Part shown: positions 25,550-38,364 of the stretch, in pieces
Position numbering within the stretch: position 1 is the first letter of the stretch
How the letters are laid out: each line of letters opens with the position of its first letter
NCBI RefSeq assembly: GCF_036321535.1
Contig: NC_087437.1
Location: forward strand, 31,064,001-31,128,000
DNA from: Camelus dromedarius
Taxonomy: Eukaryota
Direction: 5' to 3'
DNA length: 64,000 nt
Translations under genes and position numbers: made by a program
Notes under the pieces: model-generated
The model's input: the letters and a program-made list of their open reading frames with translations, nothing else
The model's database searches: none
Told to the model about the DNA's origin: nothing

Positions 25550-26020
25550 TAAAAAAAACTTTTTGTTGGAAAATAATTTCAAATTGACAGAAAAGCTGCA
25601 AGAATAATACGTATAATATCTGTAGGCAGTTTATTCTTTAACATAGTGTTAACATTTTGCCCCATCTGCCTTAACCTCTACTCATGACTTTACCTCCTTG
25701 CTTCCTGCATCCTCTCCCCCCACCTCCAATTTATTTTTCCAAGCCTTTGAGAGTAATTTACGTACATCATGGCCCTCTACCCTTCAGTACCGCCTAAGAC
25801 TAAGGATATTCTCTCACCCCCCCCCCCCCCGGGGCAATTACCAACTTCAGTTAAATGTAAATCGTTTTTTATCTAATCTACCACCTGTGTTCCAATTTTG
25901 TCAGCCCACACAATAGTGGCTTTTATAGGAATTTTTTTACTCCGCTAGTACTGGATCTAGTTCAGGATCACATATTATAGTTCGTTGTCAAGGGTTTTTT
26001 GTTTCCTTCAACCTGGAATA
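25550..26020 (-). mobile_element. Ancient LINE-1 (L1MC/ME-like) 3' end, with a C14G4 run at 25817-25834
   Basis: AAACTTTTTGTTGGAAAATAATTTCAAATTGACAGAAAAGCTGCAAGAATA is the typical antisense L1MC/ME 3' terminus. Confidence 0.65.
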
Positions 26021-27059
26021 GGCTGGGGTAGTTTCAGCACAGGGAGGAGGCCAGTGGGAAAAAGATCAGTAACTAACTGCAATGACTGCTTTGGGTTGGG
26101 AGGTGGCGCTGTGGTGCCAACACAATTGCTAAGCTTGTCCTAAAGGCCTCCTGGCTACTGCTACCAATTCTGCGTCAAGGTCTGCTTCTTCCACAGCTCT
26201 GCAACAAGGCTACCACGTCTTCATCTTGAACTTTAGGTCCACACTGAGGTGGATCTCAAAGACATACGGACCTAATTGACCCACATAAATTCGGTCGTCT
26301 ATGTTCATTTGCTCAGCACATCCGCGGAGGGGCGCGCGCTTTCGGAGGTTGGTGGCGTGGGGCTGCTGAGAATTAGCAGGACCTGAGTGAGGGCCCCTGC
26401 ACTGACTCTCAGAGTGGGAGGGCAGGGAGGGCCAAGCATGCTGTTACCTCGGACTGTCCTGCGCCAAAGTCGGGTACCCACAAAGCTGGGTCAGGGATCC
26501 ACCCCAAGAGACTAAAGCAGCCGCTAAAGAAAGAGGCCTCTTCCAAACTGGCTGCAGGGCAGAAGAGTGTGGATTCTGGCCACAGGTCCTGCTGAGCCCA
26601 CCGGGAGAGGTGGGAGTAGCTGGGAGGCCCCAGCAGCAGGGACACACAGGCTTTTGGTGGGTCATGTGGAATATTTTTAGATAAGGGAGTTCTGACCCAA
26701 CTGTCTTTAGTCTATTTTCCCCTCCATGATATTTCTTTTAAGTTGTTAAGGTAGAATGAGATAGAAGCTCTGACAGTTGTAGAGTGTGGGTGTAGCATGT
26801 ACAGCTCATTAAGTATCTAAGTTCTTGCTTTAGCATTTGGAAGGTCTGTAACAGGTCACTCATTCACCCTGCTTTTGAAATTTTACAGCACTCTAACTCA
26901 GCACACAGTGACAGCACGTGCATTTAGAAGCTGGTCACTGCTTTTAAAAGGAGCTACAATTGCTTCTTGAGATGACCATTGTACAAGACCGGGAATTTCC
27001 GTGCGTAATTTCCCCAGTGGCTAATCCTCATTGTAACTTCTCTGTAAGATTCTCCAAAT

Positions 27060-27243
27060 TAGCACCTCCTTCCTTTACCCCTATTTTTCCTCTTAGCATT
27101 CTCATTTGTTTCTGTATTGTCTGTCTTTCCCACTGGAGTGTGAACTCCGGGAGGACAGGGATGTTACCTGTATGGTTAATTGCCGAATCCCCAGAGTCTG
27201 GAATCTAGTGTAGAACTCAATGAATATTTGCTGAATGATTGAA
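27060..27243 (+). mobile_element. LINE-2 3' end
   Basis: TGTCTGTCTTTCCCACTGGAGTGTGAACTCCGGGAGGACAGGGA...ATATTTGCTGAATGATTGAA. Confidence 0.75.
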
Positions 27244-28684
27244 CGGGAGTATAAGGAATAAGCTGTCATTCTTCACTGGCAGACAGTCCACTGGATTATC
27301 AGGCACCGGGAATTGCTCCACTGGACCTCTCCATCCTCAGTCTCCTAACTTTATCTCTTACTGAAAGCATCCAGAGTGTCCTCACTTGTGATAGTGGTAC
27401 TTGGGGACAGCGTTTTTCTCATATGAAATGAGTCCTTAAGGCTTGGACGTTAGAATCCTTTGAAGCTGTCTATCATAGGTATCATGATGTCATAAGCCCA
27501 CCTTATTCTTGCATCTCCTCAGACATGCATCTCGTTTCATTTTTCATTCACTTATTTACTTCACTCCATTCAGAGTCTTCACTGCACTTTCCTCCAGAAA
27601 GTTCTCTGGTATCTCTGTCCCGCCCTATCTGTACTGGGGTCCTGGGTTATAGTGACCAGACGAGGCACTCAAGGTCTTCACTCTGTGCGTATTCCTCGAT
27701 TCTCCTCAGATGTGGTGCTAACACGCCCACATTACGGAGCCATGGGTCTCTCCTTCTCTGCCCATTCCCACCACAAGCTCTCGCCTTCCTCCCCCGCTTC
27801 ATCAATCCCATTGGCCAGCTCTCATCAGTTTACTCTTTTCCCGATCAATTTCCATTCCCATCTCATTATAAGTAGGGCAGCATCTCATTACAACACCCAG
27901 GTGGTGTCATCTCACAAAAGATGGGGGCAAGTTTGGAAGTTCAGCCCTCCTGTTGGGATTCCTAGATGACTCTACTCCATCCTAAACACACTAGAAGATT
28001 CTCTCTACTTAGTGATGGTGGGTGATTGTGAGTTCTAAGTGGATCTTCTCGTTCTTGGTATAGATCAGACTTTTCCAGGAACAGCATGGCCTGCAACAAA
28101 GGCACTGTACAGCTGGTGATTAGCAATTGCAGGATGGCACCTGGGAGTACCATCAGGTCATTGTGGAGTTTCTCATTTGAGTCTGACCCCACCCTAGCTC
28201 CTGGGGAAGACCCTGACCTACTCAATGCGGTGTTAGGGGGGTGGGCAGTGGCAACAGTAGGATCACACTTATCCACTCGGAGGCTTTCATTGCTCGAGGG
28301 AGCCTGGTTGAGACTCAGTGACTGGACAGAGTCCAACTGTCTTCTTTCTGTTCCTTCTTCAAAACCATTTCTTCTCCAAGAAACTTCCATTTCTGACTCT
28401 GTGCTTACCAGTTCTTGGTTTCTGGCCTACACGGGTTTAATATTTTCCCTGTTGTGTCTCATGACCCCTTCAAATTGTTGGGTAACCCAAAACACATTCT
28501 CTTAAAAGATGGAAGATCAGGTTCAAGCAGCCAAATCTACAAATACATGTTTTAGAATTCATTGGTAGCCCTCTTCTTATCCAGTTATTTTGTATGATCA
28601 CTAATCAGTCCTTGCTGTATTGGGTGCAGTATCTATTGTTTTGTTGAACTATTTAGTTAATTTCCTCCTGAACATGCACGGATT

Positions 28685-30620
28685 TCATTCTTTAATTCAA
28701 GAACTATTAATCAGTGCTGACCTGTGTTATACACTGTTCCAGGCATTGGGGACACAGACTGAGTTCCCTGCTTTCTTGAAGATTTTGTTCTAGTGGAGGT
28801 GAAGTAGATAATTAACTCAAGTGTGTAACATTTCAGGAAGGATAAGTCCTCTGTAGAAATACAAAACATGGAAGGAGGGTGAGTGTATGTGTCAGGGGAC
28901 AATTAAAGTTTTAAATAGTGTAGCCAGGGAAGGCCTCACTGAGAAGATGGCATTTGAGTAAGTGTCTGAAGGAGGTGCAAAGGGCAATCATAAGGGCTTT
29001 TGGGGGAGGAGTACTCCAGATGGAGGGTACAGCACATGCAAAAGCCTAGAGTGAGAGTGTACAAGGGGGAAACATCACAGAATCCAGGGGGACAGGAAAG
29101 GAGTGAGTGATTGCTAGAATAGCAAGAAAAAAATGCCAAGAATGTAAAGGGAGATATTGCAAGTTCAGGAGGCTCCCAAGAACCTCCCCCCGCCTTGAGG
29201 TTCAGTGATTCACTAGAAGGACTCACAGAATTCGGCAAAGCTTCAGACTTGAAGTTTTTATAGTGAAAAAATACAGATTAGAATCAGGAATATGTGCCCA
29301 GGCTGGGGTCCTGAAGAACCGAACCTAGAGCTTCCAGTTGTCTCTTCAACAGAGTCACATGGAAACCACTTCTCTCCCAGCAACACTATGACAATGTGCA
29401 TAGGATGTTGTCATTAGGGAAGCTTATCAGAGCCTTAGTGCCCAGAGTTCTCATTGGAGATTGGCCTCATGGACACACTGACCACCTGCTTGGTTGACCT
29501 TGGTCTCCAGCCTATATGGAGGTCAAGCTGATTCTGTGTGGCCCACGGCCCCCACTATAAAGCATACATTTAGCATAGACCATAAGTCATGGCCCAAGGC
29601 CTCCAGGTAGATAAACTCTCTCCTAGTGGGTAGAGCATTCTGAGGGTTTAGAGGTTACCTCTCAGGAGCTGGGGGCCAAGTGTCAAACCTTTCTTTGGTC
29701 AGTGTTAATAGTTTACTGCATAGAAGCCAAATCATGCAGGTCTTTGTCCGCCATTTATAAGACGTGGCTTCTAGTCTGAGAGAGATGGAAGACACTGGAG
29801 AGTTCTGAGCAGGAGAGTGACATGATTTGATTTGTTTTTAAATCAGACCATCATGGCATGAATACCGACATCATTCCAACAGCTAAGCTGGAAAATAGAC
29901 TGAAAGGTAGAATTAGGGTGACTGATTAGGAAGTTCCTGTCATGCACCAGATAAGAGGGAATAATAGCTTGAACCAGGGTGCAAAAGGTGAGAAGTAATC
30001 TGATTTTGGATCGATTTTAAAAGTAGAGTTCAGAGCATTTGCAGATAAATTGGATGTAGCCTGTGATAAAAGGAACAGTCAAAGATGACTCTAAGTTACT
30101 TGGCCTAAGCAACTGGGACAGTCAAGCTGCCATTCAGCAAGATAAGACTGCAGCAGACGATCTGGTGGGAGGAGCAGTAGAATTTGGTTTTTGGACACGT
30201 GAGGTCAAAATGCCTATCGGACAACAAAGGAAAAATGTCAAGTAGACAAGAGTCTGGAGTCCATGGGAGAGGTCTGGGCTGGAGATTTATATTTAAGATA
30301 TAAAGATACACATCTTGAAGTCATCAGTCTATCAGGAGAGTGTCAAACCATGAGACTAGCAAGTAAGTGTAGGCAGAAAAGAGAAAAAGCCCAAACTGCC
30401 CCAGGCTCCCCAATGTCAGAGGCGGGACAGACAAGGCGGAATCAGCAGAGGAGACTGAGAGTGAACACTGAGAAAAGTAGGAGAAACCTGAGAGGGTGGC
30501 GTCAGGAGCCAACTGAAAGGGGCTGCGCCACGTTCAGGATCGCTGGCAGGCCAAGTACACGAGGGCTGAGACTGGACCACGGGACTTAGGAATGTGGAGG
30601 CCAGTGTCAACCTCAGCAAG
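28685..30620 (-). mobile_element. LINE-2 (L2a-like) fragment interrupted by an LTR
   Basis: Antisense L2 3' tail (TTCATTCTTTAATTCAAG..AGTGCTGACCTGTGT) followed by purine-rich L2 body motifs (CAGGGAAGGCCTCACTGAGAAGATGGCATTTGAG; GAGAGGTCTGGGCTGGAGAT). Confidence 0.8.
29158..29722 (-). mobile_element. ERVL-type solo LTR (MER21/MER77-like) nested in L2
   Basis: CCCAAGAACC...AGGTTCAGTGATTCACTAGAAGGACTCACAGAA and end AAACCTTTCTTTGGTCAGTGTTAATAGTTTACTGCA resemble MER21C/MER77. Confidence 0.7.
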
Positions 30621-31599
30621 AGCAGAGAGAGAGAGATACATATTGTATTTTATACACAGAGATATGCTTGATAGAAGAAAGCAAAGACCCATGTACATAT
30701 TTATGAAAAATTTAAAAAGTCAATTCGGAACTCTTAATTAACAGAACTCTAACTACTACCCACTGAACAGCATCATGGGATTTCCTCCTACCTGCGACCA
30801 TAGAGAAAAATATACAAAATCATAACTGAAAACTTAAACTGGCCCAACTTATAACCAGCACATAGAAGGAACTTCCAATAATAATTATGTTTATGAAGCT
30901 GGATTATTGAAAATAATACTCATGGACACATCTATGTTTGCCTCCTGAAACAGAGCTTCTCTGCTTCCTGAGTGAGGGCAGGAAGACATAGGGCCCTTAC
31001 TCTGTTGTCTGCTTTCCTGACTTCAGTGCTTTCATTGTTTCGACATCTGGAGATTTCCCTTTGTAGGCCTTAAACTTGCATTTAAATTTATTTTATTAAA
31101 TTTTATTCAGCAATTCTTTTTGCTTGGAGTGTGTATGGACATTTGAGGGGCGGGGGGATGTTCCACATCAATTAAACCTTTCATATGGACCTGAAGTTCA
31201 CTTCTAAAATCAAGGCAAATAGATATTATACTTAGCAATCAGAATGGACTCAATTAAAGGAAAAAAAAAAAAAACAGCAAAAAGAACAGAAGGGAAAAAC
31301 AACCAAATATTAGGAGGAGTTATTTTTAGGTGGTAGGAATGGGGACGATTTTTCCCCTTCTTCTATTACTAATTTCCAAATGTGTGTGTATTACTATTAT
31401 AAAAGGGAGGAAAATCATAATTAAAATCAGATTTTAAGAACTTAAGACATGCTTTTGAAGCTCTTTTTTGAGCTCCCTCAGATCTAAAACAAGTATTGAG
31501 ATTCAGCTGTCTGATCCGTAGTAAGGCTTACAGATAAAGGCTCTTGTTCTGAATTTAACCTGGAGAAAAATGTGGGCCTTTATGAATATAAGAAATTGA

Positions 31600-32080
31600 A
31601 ATACATTCTACCAAAACGCTTCCACTCTATAGATCACCGTGTGTAACAGCAGAACTGCCTCAAGCTGGCTTAAGTAATAAAGGAAACTTGCTGGCACGTG
31701 GAACTAAAATGTGCAGAGATAGGGAAACCTCAGGCAAGGGCAGAATCCAGGTGCGCATGCCGTGGACAGGGCCTAGTTCCTCCCTCTCTGCACCTGTGAC
31801 TTTCTTTTTGGTAACGGCTCCATGCTTAGCCCTACAGTGGTGGGTCTGCGGCATCGTCCAGGTGGCTAACAGGAGCTCCTGTGCCTTCCAGAAGGAAGGC
31901 GTAAAGAAGGAGCCTTCTCTTCCTAGAAGTCCCATCTTTTCAGCGGTGCCCTGGTTTTGACTGGATGACCAGTCATCCACTCTGGACCACTGCCTGGATT
32001 TGGGTGACGGGAGAAGCTTGCTGGCTTTTGTAGCTTCGTGCTCAGTCCCTGGCTGAGAATGGAGGGGCAGACAGTTCTTG
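31600..32080 (-). mobile_element. Old MaLR LTR (MLT1J/K-like)
   Basis: CTCAAGCTGGCTTAAGTAATAAAGGAAACTTGCTGGC..CTCAGGCAAGGGCAGAATCCAGG pattern. Confidence 0.5.
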
Positions 32081-32849
32081 ATTTGAGAAAAGAGGAGTCA
32101 GTTGACCACACTCTCCAGTGATTATATCTGGAGGGAACAGCGGGGCAGTGAACTCCGGGTAGTAAGATTCCATCAGGTCAGTCTTCTGGAAATTGGGAGT
32201 GAGGCTGCTCCACCACGAGCCAGCTGTGTGCTGTCTCCACTCCTTGAGCTTTGGATCTGGTTCTTAGTTCTCCTCTAGCTCTAAAGCCCTCTTTTTATGT
32301 TTGGAGGGATATTTTCCTCTATTAGTCTACATCTCAAGTAGCTTGTTCTACTTAATCAATATAACTAAAATAAGTGGAAATCTCATTTAACTAAAGGTAA
32401 GAAGGAAAACACTGGCTTTAACTGTTATTTAATTTAGCATGGAAAGTAATGCATTTTTAATAAGGAACACATTAAAAACTCATAAAGTGGTTTATTTATA
32501 AGGTGGTTAGTCTCCCCCCGCCCAATTGCCCCAATAAATACAGTTAAGTTCCATCAACTATTCAGCAAGTGCAATTATACAAATGCCGTGTTTCATTTTG
32601 CATCTGACGACAGTAGTTTTCCTTCCCCACACACTGTGCAAAGAGTAAGTGCACAGAATTTTAGAATCTGAGGAGATATTGGGGATACTTTAGTATCTCA
32701 CCCCCAAACCCTCCAGTAATTTGACAAGTAAGTCTTCTGTTGCCTGAAGAGGTTAAACAATCTGCTAATACTCACATAGATGGTTGGTAAGTTCTAGTTA
32801 AGAATTTTAACTGAAGGCTTTTTGATCCACCAGTTTACTCTTTGCCGCA

Positions 32850-33200
32850 TAGAATTGTTCAAATCAACAAAGATTGATGGAGCGCTAGTTGTGCCCTGGG
32901 CAGTATGCCAGTCACTGAGCTCACAACAAGGAAAGACATGGTTCCTGGCTTCAGGCAACTCCAAGAACAGTCTAGTAGGGGAAAAAGTCATGTCAACCAG
33001 ATAATTAGTCTGATATGACACATGCAGTACTGCTGTGTACAACATAGTCATAATGTAGTAGAACAAGTGATGAATGCTCTCTTGAGAGTCAAGGATGACT
33101 TTGCAGAGCTGGTGATTCATGCACAGGGCTTTGTAGGATGAATAAGAGTTCAACAATTGGTTGGTCCAAGTCTGGGAGAGATTTTGACATGGAGGGAATG
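32850..33200 (-). mobile_element. LINE-2 fragment
   Basis: TTCAAATCAACAAAGATTGATGGAGCGCTAGTTGTGCC..AAGACATGGTTCCTGGCTTCAGG..AGTCTAGT antisense L2 tail. Confidence 0.55.
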
Positions 33201-35919
33201 ATATATTTAAAGACTCAGAAGCGATGGTTATAAAACAAGTTTTAGAGACACATCTAAATTGATTGCTGGTTGTAAGTCTTACTAAGTGCATGACCTAACA
33301 GTTTAACCTTTCTGCTCATTCACTTTTTCCATCAGTAAAATGGAAATAGCAATACCTATCCCATAGGGTTATGGAGAAAATGAAATAATGTTACAACTAT
33401 AAAGCACATAACATAGGAGACACTCAGGAGCAGGTAGCTACCCTTCTCCACCTGCCTTCTCTCTCTCTTCCTCCTGTCCCTGCAAACCTTCTGGGAGAGG
33501 AGAGTGCTAGAAGAAGAGGGTAAGGAGCAGGGAAGAAAGCGATCAGGGGAGGAACTGGCCATGAAAACTGTTGAGGCACTCTTAGGTAAGAAGTAACAAG
33601 ATCAAATTTGCATTCCAAAAAGCTATTTTTGGAAGAACTGTGCATAGGAAACTGATAGAAAGCCATTTTAATAATCTGGGAGAGAGGACTTGAAGGTACA
33701 GGTAACAGCACAGAATGGGAAGAACAAAGCTGGGTTGAGTGACATGGCGAGGTTCGGGGAGCAGGGTGTCTTCTGGTATAGCTTCTTTCACTGCATACTG
33801 GTTTTCCTTTCCACGTGTCTGGAGGGCAAAGTGCTCAGTGGTCTAATTAGGCCCGGAGGTTTGGCAGTCAGCTCCAGGAAGGAGGTGGAAGGGGACCTCT
33901 GCTATGGCTCTCCTGTCTCTAAAGTGCTTCCACAGAATTGCTTACCTCATCTCCATTCTCACTCACAGGAAGAGAAATGTCAGAGAGCTGCTGCCCTTCT
34001 CCCTTGTCTGACTTTAAAGCACCTTCTTAAACTACTGCAGTCCTGAGGCAATTATCTCTTCACTACAATTTATTAACTCAGAGTAACCTCAAATGCATTA
34101 CTTGTAAGCAGCTCAAGCCTTTCCTCTAAGGCTGGCCTGTGTCTGTTCTTTAGCAGGAATTGAGGGCTGGGGGGGTGCAGGCTGGCGGGGGAGCGCTCAC
34201 CAAATCTGTGGAATCAGCTGCGTTACCTCCATCATCTGTCACCGACCTTCCACTTGCCATAAAAAAGCCTGGAGCCTTTCTACCTGTTTGTCTTTCACGT
34301 GTCGTATTTGTCTTAACAGCCCTTTTATTGATGACCAAACTGAAAGGTGGAATAATTAGTACTCACCCCCCCAAACCTCCTCCCTGACTCCCATCCCTGC
34401 TCCCCATGCCCCTCAGAGGACTGATACCATGAAAAAGAAGGTTGTTATCTGGCTTCCAACCTCCTAGCACGGGTGTGCCAGTCTCCGGTCAGAGGGAGGT
34501 GGTTTTTTCCCCCATAACTTCATTTCACGCTGACTTTAGATCTAACTACTATTTCACTTTTGCTCTTATTTCCTTTTAGAATATAGCCATCCATACATTT
34601 TGAAAATGTTTTCATTCTATCCACACATGAGTTTCTGCATGATCTCTGAAGGCTAGTCCACATACGCAAAGCATTGTGGCTTCACATTTTTCATAAAGTG
34701 ATTGATCTTTGCCTTAACTACCTACAAAATAACTATATGTGTCAGCCCAGATAAAAATGAGTGAAGAATTATTGGCAAAGCATTTCTACTTTTATCTGTA
34801 AAAAATAACTGTGTGCTTTGACTGCCTATATGAAAAAGAAACTGCTAACATAGTTTACTTATACATGACACGGTTTTGAGTTTTTTGATTTAGATACTGA
34901 AAGCATCCTGAGAACTCACAGAGCCTCACAACAAACATTAGAACTGTGCTTGGATGCCTGATCTTCAGCACTGGGCACATAAAAGAAGCCTTTGGAAAAC
35001 TCACATCTGAGTGCTTTCACCACTCAGAATCATAGAGTGGTTTTCTAAACATTGCTTGAGGCCAAACTGAATGGACTGTGTATTTAGGACATATTTATAC
35101 GAGGTGCTTTTAGTAAAAAGGACAGAGTGTTATAGTCGCAGAAATACTACAGCTGTTTATTTTTGTGCAATATGTAAATCTGGTATTTCTTCCAGTTTTA
35201 GGCCTATCAATTATGCAACCAATCAGCTAATAATTTAGACCACCTGCTACATGCAAAATATTATGCTAGACACTTATAAGGCTAATAGGCTCTAAAAACA
35301 AAACCTCCTATCAGCTGCCGTTATCTCCCTCCTGCCCATCGTGGGAGGACTGTTGTCTTATTTTCATTGTATGTTCAGCTGAGTCTCCAGCAATTCAGAG
35401 TCAGGTTGAAGAGAATCACAGATGTTACTAAGATATGGAGTCTCTTATTAAAAAGGATAAGGTGGCTGCTAACATCCCTCATAGACATGTGGTGTCAGTG
35501 CAGTTTCTTCAGATCATTCTTGTTGCTGACTCAAAGTGGAGCTGTTTGCCCAGCAGCATCATGGCATCCTAGGTTAAAAAAACCCCACAGCTTGACCTTG
35601 GAACAGCTTGGGAGTCTGCCTACTCTGCTGGCTCCAAACGAATAAAACAACTCTTCATCTCCTTTATTTGATTAGCTTCTTCAAACTTAAACCAAAGGAA
35701 GCTAAGATCCTCACGGACACTTGTTTAGGACAGAAATAAGATCAGAAAAAAAATAAAGAAAATCATTCTACAAAGTCAATTGTGGAATTCATAAAACTCA
35801 GATGCTCTGAAGTTAGTAGCTAACTGTAGAAGAATTATATTCAGGTAATTTAGAAAACTGCTTTCAACACTTTTAACACCGTCGACGTGGTTTTTTCAAT
35901 AGTATTTGAAAACAGAAGT

Positions 35920-36130
35920 CATGCTATGCAATTCTATGTGGTAGCCATTCACCACATTATACATGGCTGTTACAGTTAACTAACATTAAACTAAATTCAG
36001 TTAAAATTAAAATCCAGTTCCTCAACGAGCATTAACATATTCAAGCACTTAATATTCACATGAGGTAACGGCTACTGTATTGGACAGTAAAGATACAGAA
36101 CATCCCCATCATCCAATACAACAGCCCTGC
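35920..36130. mobile_element. MER3/MER33-like hAT MITE
   Basis: GGTAGCCATTCACCACAT...AATTCAGTTAAAATTAAAATCCAGTTCCTC...GGCTACTGTATTGGACAG. Confidence 0.65.
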
Positions 36131-37814
36131 GTTAAAATATCAACTCAAGGCAGGCATCTCAGACTCAAAATACTTCAGATTGTCTTTGCTTTTATGAATT
36201 TTTTTTTCAAGTTTCCAATGAACTATGTCATTTAAAAAAAATTTGTGGAGTCCCCTACCTTGAGCCAAGTCAAGTAGTGGGGGCTCTGGTTGACCACCAT
36301 GCCAACCTCATGGGGAAAGTATAGGAATTATGATCATTAAGTATCAAGTGGGGTTGATTTAGTAACTTGTAAGTAAAACTCTGTTATGGAGAAGGTGTCA
36401 GAATGGGCCTCACCAAAAAGCATTTTGATTTATGTTACTCTATGTGTCCATCTATTTTTCAAGTCAGTGAGAAGCATTATTTGGCCTTGGTGATTAAATT
36501 ACTACAATGAGCAGATTCCTGGCACCAGCTGAACCCTGAAATTATGGAAAAAGAAACAGGAATTTTGTCCTTATTCTTGTCAGCTCAAATCCAGCCATAA
36601 CTTTTTGCTGGTGGTACATTTAGATGAAGAAGTACTTTTAATTCAACTTTATCTTGTTATTTCACTACCCTTTTCCAGCAGTGACAAACTTTGTACAGAA
36701 TTATAAATCAAGGCCAAATGTTGCATGAATGCTGTGGTTACAAAGATTCATTTAGTGTGCATACCGCCTTGCGATCTACAAGGTGATTCATCACTTGTGA
36801 TCTTGTCCTCCCGCTGAGGGGTTGGAGGATGCATACTGATGTGCAAAAGTCATTGCTGGGTGTCTGGCCTGTAATGTCCTGCGTGTTATCCTAGATCTAA
36901 CTGATTCTTAACCCACTGACTACCGGGAGGGCTGCCTTTCAGAATCAATTACCTAAATATGGTGAATTAATCTGGGAAAGCAATAAAATATGACATATGG
37001 CTTGCCCTACCTCCACTTTGGCTGTTGACAATTTGCCCAACACTATAGTTTAGATGTGACCTGATAAGAAAGACAGAGAACATAAGATGAGTGCCCACCA
37101 AGAGAAGAAAGAGTTACACTCTTCAAATTGTGTTCACTTACAGTGTCCCATTCGAGCCTCACATCATTCTGTGCATGAGCAGGGAAGGTTTGGGTGTCAC
37201 AAAAGGGGCAGCCCTCTTGAAAAGAACTGATCATTTTCCACCTATGTTCCTTTTCCTACCTGTGTTTCTCCCCATGTGCCTCTGTAATTATTTGTATATG
37301 AGACTGGATCTCTTACTAGATTTGAAGGTACCTGGAGTGGGGACCACGTTCATGTTCATCTTGTTTTCCTAGCATCCAGCATGATGCCTGGTGTATGAGT
37401 TGTTCATTTGTCCTGAAGAGGAAAGGGGAATGTAACACAAAAGATCTGAAAGCTGGGCTGCAAGCACAGACAGACGGGCAGGCTAGCCGGTCACGGGTGG
37501 ACACAGATGTGTGATGCTCTGTGCGGGCAGCGGTGTGTGCAAGTAGCAGGCCTGCGCCAAAGGGCTTGCTCTGTGTCAGCCTGGAGGTTCAAGGATGAGA
37601 CAGAGCTTAGGTGAGCAGTCCCCACACGCAATGCGACCTTGTGTCTCTCGTGTTGAGTGCACAGCCCTAACTCACAAAACCTAGTGTGAAGTTGACTGTT
37701 GACACACATCATAACTCCCTTACAGGTCTTATATGTTGCATTCAGCTTTCCTCTTCTGAGAAATTGTTTTGGTATATTTAATGTTTTCACTTATATTTAT
37801 CTTTAACATTACTC

Positions 37815-38183
37815 TTTTTTTTTTGATGTGAAAGTAGATTTTATTGGTGGGCGTGAGTAGAAGGGTTCTTATGAGGGCAGGACTCACCATTTATCCAGAA
37901 GCCACAATTAGGGATGCATTTGATCCCTCAGCTCATCTGGGATGAGCCCCTTTTCTGCCACCATGTCCTCCAATTCTTCTACGCTAAACTTAGTGGATCC
38001 CCACTTCTTGGAGACGGGGACTTCCTGGTAGCCAGGGAACTTGGTCTTGGTGCGTGTAGGGCCTGAATCACATGCTCCTTGTTCTGCACCTTGGCATGGA
38101 TGGACGTGATGACTTGGCCAACGTGGACACTGGCTGCCGTGTCCTGGGGCTTTCCAAAGTTACCCCGCATGCCTGTCTAGAGT
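37815..38183 (-). pseudogene. RPL10: Processed RPL10 pseudogene fragment (3' exons, 3' UTR, poly(A))
   Basis: Minus-strand translation [41 protein letters not shown] / [36 protein letters not shown] matches the RPL10 C-terminal half with no intron. Frameshifts near 38052 and 37930, in-frame stops, terminal TAA at 37871-37869, AATAAA at 37845-37840, A10 tail at 37824-37815. Confidence 0.93.
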
Positions 38184-38230
38184 CTGGGCTGGGGACAGCA
38201 TGAGGTCAGACATGAATGTCCACTGGGAAG
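38184..38230 (-). other. Retained 3' part of the RPL10 snoRNA-host intron within the retrocopy
   Basis: Lies between the snoRNA 3' end and the RPL10 exon. Contains a branch-point-like CTGAC (38209-38205) and an acceptor CAG (38186-38184) immediately before exon sequence ACTCTAGACAGGCATGCGG. Confidence 0.8.
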
Positions 38231-38364
38231 GCCCAGCTCCAAGGTCTCTTAGGGAAACCCATACAAGAACCAGGCTGCACACACGACCGAGGAGGCTGCT
38301 ATCTGCAGCCATGGCACAGTGGGCTCCATGGGGAGAAGTGCATGGTGGGCTTAATTGGCTGCAA
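38231..38364 (-). ncRNA. SNORA70: SNORA70 (U70) H/ACA snoRNA retrocopy, probably non-functional
   Basis: Minus strand reads TTGCAGCCAATTAAGCCCACC...GGCTGCAGATAGCAGCCTCCTCGGTCGTGTGTGCAGCCTGGTTCTTGTATGGGTTTCCCTAAGAGACCTTGGAGCTGGGC (134 nt), collinear with remembered U70, whose host gene is RPL10. H box ATAGCA at 38302-38297 is retained. The ACA box is replaced by CTG at 38236-38234. Confidence 0.88.

Noticed and set aside
26210..26308. Minus-strand peptide MNIDDRIYVGQLGPYVFEIHL resembling an RRM RNP2 motif
   Set aside because: Only 32 codons, no RNP1, no poly(A)/TSD; likely chance.
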